Origin: Mustelus asterias
Lineage: Eukaryota
Reading direction: 5' to 3'
Assembly: GCF_964213995.1 (NCBI RefSeq)
Contig: NC_135817.1
Coordinates: forward strand, 70,804,001-70,868,000
Length of the DNA: 64,000 nucleotides
Shown: in pieces, positions 24,957 through 37,258 of the stretch
Numbering within the stretch: position 1 is the stretch's first letter
How the letters are laid out: the number at the start of each line of letters is the position of its first letter
Position numbers and translations under genes: made by a program
Notes under the pieces: model-generated
What the model saw: only the letters and a program-made list of their open reading frames with translations
What the model was told of the DNA's origin: nothing
The model's database searches: none

Positions 24957-25294
24957 AAAAGCAGAGAATACTGGAACTACTCAACAGGTCAGGCAGCATC
25001 TGTCGAGAGAGAAACAAAGTTGACGTGAAAAATCTCACCAAAAATGGCAGTGTTGGTTCTGGCATATTTTGGGGCCATATCTTCTGCTTCATTAGTGATT
25101 ATTTTTACGCCCAGGAGTTTCACACCGCCCCAACAGTGCATTCCCTCTGATTTGTCTGCTTCATAACGACTTAACTGATAAAAGTACGGCGGGGGGGGGC
25201 GGGGGGGGGGCTGGCGGGTGGTAAAGGGGAGACATTTATATGGGCGTTCCATATAAACAGCTCCCCAGCACTTGTTCCACAAAGTCTGAAGGAG

Positions 25295-25460
25295 ATGGCA
25301 GGCAGGAAGGCAGCAGCACACTTTTCAGAGGGGGCCCTCACCAGGATGCAGTGCAGCAGAGACAGGACACACTCTACCCCCACTCCAGGAGACAGCCTTC
25401 TCCAGGAGATGGCATTCCAGCAAGGTCACCACCCCCACCTGGGATGCAGTGACAGGGTGA
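25295..25460 (+). mobile_element. Harbinger Myb/SANT-like remnant followed by a partial HE1 SINE (25460-25630)
   Basis: AAAHFSEGAL / DAVQQRQDTLYP fragments. Confidence 0.5.
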
Positions 25461-25879
25461 CACAGCTGCCTCACAGCTCCAGGGACCCGGGTTCGATTCT
25501 CGGCTTGAGTCACTGTCGGTGCAGAGTCTGCACGTTCTCTCCGTGTCTGCGTGCCTCCGGGTGCTCCGGTTTCCTCCCACAGTCCAAAGATATGCAGGTT
25601 AGGTTGACTGGCCATGCTAAATTGCCCCCTTGTGTATTCATGCAGTAACCCAGTGTTCGCACTCATTAGAAAGAGAGAGAGAGCCTGTACATTCTTAAAA
25701 GAGAACCATTACTCCAAATAAAAACAGGAATTACAAATGAAGCCTTCTTGTTTAGGAACTGTGATTGCCTAACAAGACGTAGTTTGAAAAAAATTATTCC
25801 AACTAAAACAAAACAAATAGTACAAATTCAGAAAGAAGAGGGGAGGAAAAGTTAAAGAAAGTACCCGGATTTAATAACT

Positions 25880-27020
25880 GGTAATGGCAAAGGCGATGCA
25901 TAGAGGCATTCAAAGAAAATGTGGAAATATGGGATGCTTACAAAAGGAGATTTCAATGTTATCTGCCCACGAACAACAGACCGGATAAACCTAAAGTAGT
26001 CACTTTCCGATATGTAATAGGGCGTGAAATCTTTACATTGCTACAGAGCCGTGTCTACCCTGAGAAGCCGAGTAAAAAAACCTACGAGGAACTGACCAAG
26101 ATTCTTGAAAGTTAATTTCTCCCCAAGACCACTAGTAATTGCTGAGAAATTCTGATTTCATTGACAGAGCCAAGAAGAGGGCGAAAATATGTTGCAATTT
26201 GTTGCGCCGCTAAGAAGGTTAGCGAAGAACTGTGAGTTTGGATCAACCCTCAAAGACACTCTGCTAGACAGACTGGTTTGTGGAGTTCAAAATGAAACAA
26301 TTCAAAGAGGATCGCTGACCTAAAGTGCTTTAACACTAAAGCTTGCTGTAGAGATCACATGGAGTTGGCAGCGAAAGAAGCTTCCCAAATTGGAGCTGGA
26401 GCCAAAATACACAAGATGGGAATGGACGGGAAGAAATCTCTTAAAACTCAATCATGCCATAGGTGTGCTCAGGTAGGGCATTTTTCACATGAATGGTGGA
26501 GTAGAGAAAATAAATTTCAAAGCTGTGGCAAGAAAGGCTGAATAACTATGGTGTGTTGGACTCGATAGATTTCTCAAACCCTGAAGGTGTGCAAATACAA
26601 GAGTACATCAAGACGTAAACATTGGATCTACAAAATATCTGATGCAGGTGAAAATTTCCAAGATGATATCGGACTAGGAAAGATCCAAGAACTTAAACTA
26701 GGTGTCCTATCCATGAAAGGGGATACACAAAAGTTCTGGTTTATCCAAAGTTAGACGGACAAGAAGTAAAGATGGAAATAGTTATGGGAGCTGCTGTATC
26801 GCTTCTCCCGGAAGATGCATAAATCTGAAGCTTTCACATTTACCATGAAAACCTTCAATAGTAATCCTGTGAATTTATACTGAGGAGGTTGTTCCACTGA
26901 AGGGATATTTCATGCTTCAGGTAGAAGCTAATGGTCAGTCAGCAGAATTGCCTTTGCACAGAGTAAGAGGTAACTTTCCTGCACTCTTTGGAAGAGCAGG
27001 ATTGCACAAAATCAAGCGAC
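25880..27020 (+). pseudogene. Degenerate Gypsy (Mag-like) gag-protease fragment
   Basis: WDAYKRRF...TYEELTKIL gag piece, decayed zinc knuckles CHRC...GH and CGKKG, many stops and frameshifts. Confidence 0.75.
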
Positions 27021-27110
27021 AGTAAGAAGCCTCACAACACCAGGGTTAAAGTCCAACAGGTTTATTTGGTATCACAAGCTTTCAGAGCGCTGCTCCTTCA
27101 TCAGGTGAGT
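27020..27110 (-). mobile_element. Penelope-like terminal repeat fragment with minimal hammerhead motif (27072-27108)
   Basis: Minus strand tcac-CTGATGA-aggagcagcgctct-GAAA-gcttgtga; same repeat at about 46309-46396. Confidence 0.7.
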
Positions 27111-27225
27111 GGCATTTGTGTGAATTTGAGTGGAATTGACATCTCCATATGATTAACGGGCCCAGGACGGTATTCTCCGGGCCTGCTAGCGTCTCCTTCC
27201 CCCCCCAACCCCGCTGGGAGTGGTT

Positions 27226-27482
27226 GAACAAAGAGAACAAAGAAAATTACAGCACAGGAACAGGCCCTTCGGCCCTCCAAGCCTGCAGCGACCATGCTGC
27301 CCGACTTAACTAAAACCCCCTACCCTTCTGAGGACCTTCTATTCCCATCCTATTCATGTATTTGTCAAGACGCCCCTTAAAAGTCACTACTTTATCCACT
27401 TCCACTACCTCCCCCGGCAACGAGTTCCAGGCACCCACTACTCTCTGTGTAAAAAATCTGCCTCGTACATCTCCTTTAAACC
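27226..27482 (-). mobile_element. CR1/HER1 3' end
   Basis: RFFTQRVVGAWNSLP and 3' tail. Confidence 0.88.
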
Positions 27483-27699
27483 TGCTTGTTCTCCCGTTTT
27501 CCCGCCTGTTGGGCATTTAGTTTTGTTTTAGGAGAATCCCAGCCCAGACTTCTCCCGTGTGAGTCACGGTGCTGCCCCTTTCTCCGAATGGGGAAAATGG
27601 AATCTGTCTGAAATGGGGGTGCGTCTTCAAGAGTCAAGATCCACCCGCCATTTTTTAAAGTGCCAAGAAACTGACTACATGAATCCACAAAAATCTAAG

Positions 27700-28310
27700 T
27701 CCATGCCACAATTGATAAAGCCTAAGATGCTGTATGCTTAATTCACTGTGTTTCTCATCCTGCCCTGCCATACTCATTGAATTATGCACAAACCTATGGA
27801 AGTCCTCTGCTCCTCTATCCCTTTAGATTTAATTTTATATTATCTCCCTGCATTCTTCCTACCAGAATGAATCACTTCAAATTTCTCTGCATGAAATTTA
27901 ATCTGCCACTTGTCCGTCCATTCCTCCAACCTGTCTACATCCTTTTGAAGTTTTGCACTATCTTCCTCATAGTTCACAATATTTCCAAGCTTTGGATCAT
28001 CCACAAGTTTTGAAATTACGTGCTGTACACCAAGGTCAAAGTCATTAATATACATCAGGAAGAGCAGCGATCCTAACACCATTCCCAAGGGAACTCCACT
28101 ACAAACCTTCCTTCAGTCTGAAAAATAACCACTCACCATTATCTTTTGTTTCCAATCTTTCAAAAACTGTGTACTCATGTTGCTACTGCCCCTTTTATTC
28201 CATGAGCTATAACTTTGCTCACAAGTCTACTGTGTGGCACTTTATCCAATGCCTTTTGGAAGTCCATGTATATCACATCAATAGCATTGCGCTCATCAAT
28301 CCTCCCTGTG
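27700..28310 (-). mobile_element. Degenerate CR1 RT fragment
   Basis: ORF 27840-28088 VLGSLLFLMYIND...WQIKF. Confidence 0.8.
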
Positions 28311-28469
28311 TTGTGACATCACTTTAAGAGAACACATGAATGGTCAAGCGACCAGGAGGTAAAGCAGTTGACAAGCAGACAGTTAGTGGTGTGAGTGGGT
28401 TGTTATCAACCACAGTGGCAGTGGCGGTGCTTGAGGGAGTGGGAGGGGGAAGGATATCCTCAGTTGAAG

Positions 28470-28592
28470 ATGTATCAGACGTGCTGGTGTGGAAAGTTAT
28501 ATCATCAAAACAAATAGGACAGAGATGGAGAAACTTGGAAGATGGATTGGAGGATTGGAGTCAACAAGAAGCAGGATGCGAGGAAGTGTAAC
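28470..28592 (-). mobile_element. Penelope-like ORF fragment
   Basis: Minus strand resembles the YTSSHP...PFSQFLR...IC region of Penelope-like RTs. Confidence 0.5.
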
Positions 28593-29604
28593 CAAGTTCC
28601 ACCTCTCCCCTGAGCATCTCTACCCTATCCATCCCTACCCTCCACACCTCTGTCCTGTGTACCCACTGCTCCCACTGCAGAACCTTGCCAGTGCCATGAA
28701 CCGTGATGCCCTTCCACTGCTGTCAATCACATCCAGTCTACCTTCCATCCTGATACTGTCAGTTTGAAAGCCTCCAAGCTGGAAAAAAGCTGTATCCGCG
28801 CACACGCTCTCTGCCAAATGTTTGCTAGAGGGAACTGATACACCAACTGTAGTAAGCAGCCTCCTGTTCAGATGGTGAAATGTTTAATTGCTCAACTGAA
28901 CTCTGGCCCAAACCCATCTCCATTTTGCTGCTCAGTTTTCTAAATCCAGTCAAACCCGTACTATGCATGGCAAACCGTATTTAAAACAACTTACTGACCT
29001 CTCCTCGGGTAACCAATTGTACAAGTAAGCAGCACAACAAACTCCTCACTCCTGCCCTCTGCAAAAATCAAAACTCTGACTCTGGGGAGTACCATGTTCT
29101 AAACATGCCTGCTGAACCCAGAGGCGACAGCAGTCACGATCAATAAAACCTTAACCTACCCATTTCAACCCACTCATTTGTGGGGGGGTTAAAATGTGTA
29201 ATCTTTTAATCTCGTGACGTGGAACAACAGTAGACAGCATAAGAGCAGGATGTGGTGGTGTTAAATGGTTCGCAGTGGAACACCTTACACAGGAAGCAAG
29301 GTTAATGCAACATGGGTCAGTTCTTCCCTTGAGCCCTCCAAATATGAATGTAAAGTTATGAACACAAACTTTGCTTAAAAAACCATGTATTTTTTTTGTT
29401 TCCCTAGTTAAGTTATACAGTTCGTCTAAAACTTGCTGCTGGCTTCATTAAAGCAAAGTTTGACTTTATGAAGATTGATTCTATAAGGCTGTGTGTGTAC
29501 GTCATCAGGTCTGTATGATGCTCCCCCATCCTTTCCCAGTACACTTGGGATATTCTGCAGCCAAATGTCTTCTCAACCATCCCTACTTCTAAATATCACA
29601 GATC

Positions 29605-31635
29605 TTTTTCATTCATTCGTGGGACATGGGCGTCGCTGGCTGGGCCAGCATTTATTGCCCATCCCTAGTTGCCCTTGAACTGAGTGGCTTGCTAGGCCAC
29701 TTCAGAGGGCGGTTGAGAGTCAACAGCATTGCTGTGGATCTGGAGTCACATGTAGGCCAGACCAGGTAAGGACGGCAGATTTCCTTCCCTAAAGGACATT
29801 AGTGAACCAGATGGGTTTTCCTGATAATCAACAATAGTTTCATAGTCATCAGCAGGTTCATAATTCCAGTTTTTTTATTGAATTCAATTCCACCAGCTGC
29901 CATGGCAGGAATCGAACCCGGGTCCCCAGAACCATAGAACCATAGAAAATTACAGCTCAGAAACAGGCCTTTTGGCCCTTCTTGTCTGTGCCGAACCATT
30001 TTATGCCTAGTCCCACTGACCTGCACTTGGACCATATCCCTCCACACCCCTCTCATCCATGAACCTGTCCAAGTTTTTCTTAAATGTTAAAAGTGACCCC
30101 GCATTTACCACTTTATCTGGCAGCTCATTCCACACTCCCACCACTCTCTGCGTGAAGAAGCCCCCCCTAATATTCCCTTTAAACTTTTCTCCTTTCACCC
30201 TTAACCCATGCCCTCTGGTTTTTTTCTCCCCTAGCTTCAGCGGAAAAAGCCTGCTTGCATTCACTCTATCTATACCCATCAAAATCTTATACACCTCTAT
30301 CAAATCTCCCCTCAATCTTCTACGCTCCAGGGAATAAAGTCCCAACCTATTCAATCTCTCTCTGTAACTCAGCTTCTCAAGTCCCGGCAACATCCTTGTG
30401 AACCTTCTCTGCACTCTTTCAATCTTATTTACATCCTTCCTGTAACTAGGTGACCAAAACTGTACACAATACTCCAAATTCGGCCTCACCAATGCCTTAT
30501 ATAACCTTACCATAACACTCCAACTTTTATACTCGATACTCCGATTTATAAAGGCCAATGTACCAAAGGCACTCTTTACGACCCTATCCACCTGTGACGT
30601 CACTGTTAGGGAATTCTGTACCTGTATTCCCAGATCCCTCTGTTCAACTGCACTCTTCAGAGTCCTACCATTTACCCTGTACGTTCTTCTTTGGTTTGTC
30701 CTTCCAAAGTGCAATATCTCACACTTGTCTGCGTTAAATTGCATTTGCCATTTTTCAGCCCATTTTTCTAGTTGGTCCAAATCCCTCTGCAAGCTTTGAA
30801 AACCTTCCTCACTGTCCACTACACCTCCAATCTTTGTATCATCAGCAAACTTGCTGATCCAATTTACCACATTATCATCCAGATCATTGATATAGATGAC
30901 AAACAACAATGGACCCAACACCGATCCCTGCGGCACACCACTAGTCACAGGCCTCCACTCAGAGAAGCAATCCTCCACAACCACTCTCTGGCTTCTTCCA
31001 TTGAGCCAGTGTCTTATCCAATTTACTACCTCCCCATGTATACCTAGCGACTGAACCTTCCTAACTAACCTCCCATGAGGGACCTTGTCAAAGGCCTTGC
31101 TGAAATCCAGGTAGACAACATCCACCGCCTTCCCTTCATCCACTTTCCTGGAAATTCCTCGAAAAACTCTCATAGATTGGTCAAACATGACCTACCACGC
31201 ACAAAGCCATGTTGACTCTCCCTAATAAGTCCCTGTCTATCCAAATATTTGTAGATCCTATCCCTTATCACACCTTCCAATAACTTGCCCACCACCGACG
31301 TCAAACTTACAGGCCGATAATTTCCCGGATTTCTTTTGGAACCTTTTTTAAACAACGGAACAACATGAGCCACCCTCCAATCATCCGGCACCTCCCCCGT
31401 GAATACTGACATTTTAAATATGTCTGCCAGGGCCCCTGCAAGTTCAACACTAGCTTCCCTCAAGGTCCGTGGGAATACCCTGTCCGGTCCTGGGGATTTA
31501 TCCACTCTGATTTGCCTCAAGACAGCGAGCACCTCCTCCCCTTTAATTGAGCACCTCCTCCCCTTTAATAGAACATTAGCTGAGTTTCTTGATTAATAGT
31601 CAAGCAATAATACCACTAGGCCATCACTTCCCCTT
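29605..31635 (-). mobile_element. tRNA-headed SINE-like element (family of 33843) split by a CR1 insertion
   Basis: Host halves 29605-29930 and 31570-31635 rejoin at ccccagaac|attagctgag. Confidence 0.75.
29930..31569 (-). mobile_element. Young 5'-truncated CR1/HER1 LINE
   Basis: ORFs 30007-31188 and 31170-31532 (one frameshift), FADD; 21-bp tandem duplication at the 5' junction. Confidence 0.95.
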
Positions 31636-31690
31636 TGGAAGAGCTTGTTTTTTTTTTGTACTGAGCACCTTCTTCTGATCCTATTTTCTC

Positions 31691-32010
31691 ATAGAATCCC
31701 TACAGTGCAGAAGGGGGCCATTCGGCCCATCAAGTCTGCGTCGACCACAATCCCACCTAGGCCCTATTCCCATAACCCCACATATTTACCCTGCTAATCC
31801 ACTGACACTCGGGTCGATTTAGCATGGTCAATCAAGCTAACCCTCACATCTTTGGAGTGTGGGAGGAAACCAGAGCACCTGGAGGAAACCCACGCAGACA
31901 CGGGAAGAATGTGCAAACTCCACACAGACAGTGACTCAAGGCCGGAATTGAACCCGGATACGTGGCGCTGTGAGGCAGCAGTGTTAACCACTGTGCCACC
32001 GTGCCACCCC
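31691..32010 (-). mobile_element. Full-length HE1 SINE (tail A)
   Basis: Head, V core and HER1-type tail. Confidence 0.9.
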
Positions 32011-32093
32011 AATATCATATGCTCTGTTTACAACGTGCTAAATAATATTTGTCACAAAAGACAAGAAAACATTTTCGGTGGCGATTCAAAATG

Positions 32094-32165
32094 AGAGGGC
32101 ACCCAGATTTGAACCAGGGACCTCTTAACCTACAGTGAAATGCTCTGCTAGCGAGCTATACTGCT
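32094..32165 (-). pseudogene. tRNA-Cys-derived pseudogene (anticodon mutated GCA to GTA)
   Basis: Minus strand agcagtatagctcgctagcagagcatttcactgtaggttaagaggtccctggttcaaatctgggtgccctct aligns without gaps to vertebrate tRNA-Cys; acceptor and anticodon stems broken; TTTT follows. Confidence 0.8.
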
Positions 32166-33842
32166 AGTGTGCTAAAGCCTCGCTGACTACACATTAGCTG
32201 TGTATTTCTGTGTATTAGCAGCTCAGATTGTCCAGCCGTACTGAAAATCCCTATGTTCAGACTGTGCTAATCTTTATGTTTTCAAATGCCACTCAGACCA
32301 AATGCGCAATATGATATTGCCAACTTCAGCCATTGTGGCCCATTGAAAAATTATTGCATGTAGTGGAAGTCCTAATGTCAGTCACCGTACGAGCTTGGAC
32401 CTTTACACTTCTAACACGTATCAGGATCTCTCAAGGATGTTGCTGCGAATTCGTTAACCGTGAATCCAACACGCAGCCATCTTTTCCACTGTATTTTTGC
32501 AAGAAAGTAAGTGACTGATTTGAATATGCCTCTTTGCCAAACATTCTCCATCTGAAAATTAGATCTCTGATTTCAAAGTTTTGAATCCCTTTAACAAGAT
32601 CCGTTGATATGCTGCATGCTTCATATACATAATATGAATTCCTGCCTGTCCTTGGAAAACTTCGCATATAATCATCAGGATTGGGGTCACGTGACCTGCA
32701 AAGGTGACTTCTGCAACCTGATTCTGTAAATATTTTTCAGTGGTAGTTGGACAGATTTTTAAGAATGAGGAACTTGCAGGGTTACCAGCAGAAAGTAGGG
32801 GTGTGGGAATGAGGACAACTGCTCTTTCAAGAAATTAGAAGTGCTCTAAGTTTCTATGACTCTATGATGGGGTAAGTGACCTATCTGCTCAGGGGAAAAT
32901 GATTGGTTATTTAAATATTATAATCAGGCATTCTACGCTTAACTACAGGCCTCAAGGCTTCTTAGGTGTCAGGAAAACTGACAGCTGAGTGAAGGTGTGA
33001 AGTGCTGAATTCATGAGGGCAGATCTTTTATAGCACTGCTTGTGGGCCTGGAGGAGCAGAGATATTTCCGAATAAGCTACTGAGTAAACACACCCCAACT
33101 GCAATCTGTCTCCTCCCCCACCCCGACCACCGTTGGACTCCCTGATATTTCCACCCCCAAATGACCAATTTCTTCCTCACCTCAATTGGCCAACCGCCAA
33201 TCCCCCTCCATCTGCTATGCCACACCACTCCCAGAGCCTGACTTGTTCCACCACCATTGGAATCACCCAGACCATCTTCTAATCCTCCCAGTCAACACGG
33301 GAACTCCCACACACTCCCTACATGCTCACCCACCCCAGTGTAATCTTGTTGCTCAGCCACTACCTTCTCAGTAATGGGAACCCCCACACTCTGTCCCACC
33401 ATTGGATCGCTCCCCATGATCAGGCTACAGGCTGTCAGACCCTGTCAGGACCCACCCACACACTGCCCCTCCTCACCACAATCTCTCTTACTCTCCCACC
33501 TACATGCTGTGGTTGGCCTTGGCCCTGAGAATCTGCCAATCCCTCTCCATATGGCTGTCTGCAGGTGGGAACCCTGCAGTTAAACTCTGCAGGACATTTG
33601 GGAAACCCATTCTTCCAGACTCCTGACCCCACACCAGCCTCTCTGCGAACTAAGTAACACTTCTGAGACGCATCATTCTTGGGAGTTGATATTCAAGATT
33701 ACAGAGGGTCACTGATCTCTTCTGTTAATCACCCTTGCAGGGTTTTTGCAAGTTGAATCATTTTCTCAGCCTTATTAATTTAAAGTTTGTACCTTACTGT
33801 TGATAAAGGAGCAGAATGCAGACAAATGGCTAATAATGGAAC

Positions 33843-34216
33843 GGGGAGGCGCTGGCCTATGGTATTATCGCTAGACTATTAATCCAGAAGCTCAGCTAAT
33901 GTTCTGGGGACCTGAGTTCAAATCCTGACAACAGCACATGGTGAATTTGAATTCAATTGCAAAGATCTGGAATTAAGAATCTACTGATAACCATGAAACC
34001 ATTGTCAATTTTCAGAGAAAACCCATCTAGGTCACTAATGCCCTTTAGGGAGGGAAATCTGCCGTCCTTACCCAGACTGGCCTCCATGTGACACCAGAGC
34101 CACAGCAATGTGGTTGACTCTCAACTGCTCCTGGAATTGGCCGAGCGAGACATGAGGTTCAAGGGCAACTATGGATGGGCAATAAATAATAGCCATGTCC
34201 CACAAATGAATTTTAA
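33843..34216 (+). mobile_element. tRNA-headed SINE-like element sharing both ends with the CR1-group LINE family at 59690
   Basis: A box tggcctatgg, B box gagttcaaatcc, core agggaaatctgccgtccttac, tail gggcaactatggatgggcaataaat. Confidence 0.8.
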
Positions 34217-34831
34217 AAACACCCTCAGTCGTATGCTTTCTTCCCTACAAAGCTCCTTGTTCGATATATTTCTCGCTTCCCCTTTTTGAAAAGAAATGGA
34301 TGTTTTTACACTTGTCACATGTTACAATGCCGGCTCTAAGGGGAATAACAACAACAACTTGTACTGGTGTAGTGCCTTTAATATAGTAAAACCTTTAATA
34401 TACCAGGTGCAAGGCAATTCACAGGAATGTTATCAAACTAAATTTAACAACAGCCACATGAGAAGGATAGGAAATTAGGAATGGCCCCAAAACCAAAACT
34501 TTGGTCAAAGAGGAGGTAAGCAGGGGCGGTGTCAGGTGAAGGAGGTGTAAGAATGTGGTTTTGCAGTTTTAAATGTTTTCTCAAAGAAAAGCTATTTTCA
34601 ATAGAGGCAAGGTGCGCAGCACAGAAAACATCAGAGATTTAAAGAAGATAAGGATGGCAATACACTGACGCAAATATTGAACTTAAAAGGTTGAAGACTG
34701 TAGGTGGAAGGAAAGACTAAATAAAGTGTCTGTTCTCGGACTTTGCAGTCATAGAGCATAACTGGCTTTTATTTGGGGAGATAGTGTGAGGTTTTATGCT
34801 AGAAGCAGTGTAGGCCTCATTACAGCTTTCA

Positions 34832-35145
34832 GGGGGCGGCACGATGGCACAGTGGTTAGCACTGCAGGCTCTCAGCACCAGGGACCCGGGTTCCATTCCC
34901 GGCTTGGGTCACAGTCTGTGTGGAGTCTGCACGTTCTCCCTGTGTCTGTATGGGTTTCCTCCGGGTGCTCCGGTTTCCTTCCACATTCCAAAGGTGTGCA
35001 GGTTGGGTGAATTGGCCATGCTAAATTCTCCCTCAGTGTACCTGAACAGGCGCCAGTGTAAGGCAACTAGGGGATTTTCACAGTAACGTCATTGCAGTGT
35101 TAATGTAAGCCTTACTTGCAACTTATAAACAAATACACTTAAATA
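34832..35145 (+). mobile_element. Full-length HE1-like SINE (tail B)
   Basis: Sequence identity with the other copies. Confidence 0.9.
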
Positions 35146-36023
35146 AACAGCTCAGGAGGAACAAGACTCAGGCAGCCAAAGGAATACTGGAGGTGGTAAT
35201 ATTGATAAATGGAGAAGGAAATGTTTTGATAGAGTTAGTGATGGCTACAGACAACAGATAGGAAGGAAAGTCAGGTGGGACTCTGGATAAGTGGTCGAAC
35301 AGTTATCATTCATTTGCTGCCGTTGTCAAATTTAAAATTGGCTCCATTATTTTGTCCAGCTATTCAGCTGCCAGAGGGTTCAAGGGCAAAACTGCATTTT
35401 TAGCCTCTCTCTCATCTGCTGGAATAATGCTGTACACAGAAGGACTGAGAACCAAATTGGAAGAACGTAAGAATATTATAACTAGGAGCAGGAGTAGGCC
35501 ATCTGGCCCCTTGAGCCTCTTCTGCCATTCAATAAGATCATGGCTGATCTTTTTGTGGACTCAGCTCCACTCACCCACCAGCTCACCATAGCCTTCAATT
35601 CCTTTATTGTTCAAAAATGTATCTGTCCTTGCCTTAAAAAGATTCAGTGAGGTAGCCTCAACTGCTTCACTGGGCAGAGTTCCATAGATTCACAACCCTT
35701 TGGGTGAAGAAGTTCCTCCTCAACTCAGTCCTAAATCTGCTCCCCCTTATTTTGAGGCTATGCCCCCTAGTTCCAGTTTTACCTGCGAGTGGAAACAACC
35801 TCCCTGGTTCTATTTTACCTATTCCCTTCATAATCTTATATGTTCCTATAAGGTCTCCCCTCATTCTTCTGAATTCCAGTGAGTATAACCCCAGTCTACT
35901 CAGTCTCTCCTCATAAGCCAAACCTCTCAACTCCGGAATCAACCTAGTGAATCTCCTCTGCACCCCCTCCAGTGCCAGTATATCCTTTCACAAGTAAGGA
36001 GACCAAAACTGTACATAGTACTC

Positions 36024-37258
36024 AAAGAACAAAGAACAATACAGCACAGGAACAGGCCCTTCGGCCCTCCAAGCCCGCGCCGCTCCCTGGTCCAGGATTG
36101 AATCCTGAATCCAGGATCCCCGCCCAATTTTCCAGCCTATCTACATACCAATATCCTATCCACCGAGCTGTCCCTCACAGCTACGATGCTTTGTTCATTA
36201 CAACCTATTAACTCACCCCCGCCCCCCCATTCCAGACCATGTGATCTCCAGGGAGAGGCGAAAACCCAGAGTGAAAAACCCCAGGGCCAATATGGGGAAA
36301 AAAAAATCTGGGAAATTCCTCTCCGACCCCCTGAGGCGATCGAAACGAGTCCAGGAGATCACAATGGCCCTGATCGGAAAATGCTTCCCAACCCTAGTCA
36401 TTTCCACTTCCATGAGAAACAAGGAACAATTAGCCCGCGCCGCTCCCTGGTCCAAACTAGACCACTCTTTTGTATCCCTCCATTCCCACTCCGTTCATAT
36501 AGCTGTCTAGATAAGTCTTAAACGTTCCCAGTGTGTCCGCCTCCACCACCTTGCCCGGCAACACATTCCAGGCCCCCACGACCCTCTGTGTGAAATATGT
36601 CCTTCTGATATCTGTGTTAAACCTCCCCCCCTTCACCTTGAACCTATGACCCCTCGTGAACGTCACCACCGACCCGGGGAAAAGCTTCCCACCGTTCACC
36701 CTATCTATGCCTTTCATAATTTTATACACCTCTATTAAGTCTCCCCTCATCCTCCGTCTTTCCAAGGAGAACAACCCCAGTTTACCCAATCTCTCCTCAT
36801 AACCAAGCCCCTCCATACCAGGCAACATCCTGGTAAACCTCCTCTGTACTCTCTCCAAAGCCTCCACGTCCTTCTGGTAGTGTGGCGACCAGAACTGGAC
36901 GCAGTATTCCAAATGCGGCCGAACCAACGTTCTATACATCTGCAACATCAGACCCCAACTTTTATACTCTATGCCCCGTCCTATAAAGGCAAGCATGCCA
37001 TATGCCTTCTTCACCACCTTCTCCACCTGTGACGTCACCTTCAAAGATCTGTGGACTTGCACACCCAGGTCCCTCTGCGTCTCTACACCCTTTATGGTTC
37101 TTCCATTTATCGTGTAGCTCCTCCTTACATTATTCCCACCAAAATGCATCACTTCGCATTTATCAGGATTGAACTCCATCTGCCATTTCCTTGCCCAAAT
37201 TTCCAGCCTATCTATATCCTTCTGTAGCCTCTGACAATGTTCCTCACTATCTGCAAGT
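36024..37258 (-). mobile_element. Young CR1/HER1 with extended structured 3' UTR
   Basis: Open 240-aa RT C-terminus (36457-37179); 23-bp direct repeats at 36072-36094 and 36432-36454. Confidence 0.92.

Noticed and set aside
28990-29100. Possible minus-strand exon (MVLPRVRVLIF...LLTCTIGYPRR, donor gtcagt)
   Set aside because: No partner exons or recognisable domain found.
32685-32696. Palindromic E-box GGTCACGTGACC
   Set aside because: Isolated motif with no associated gene or CpG island.
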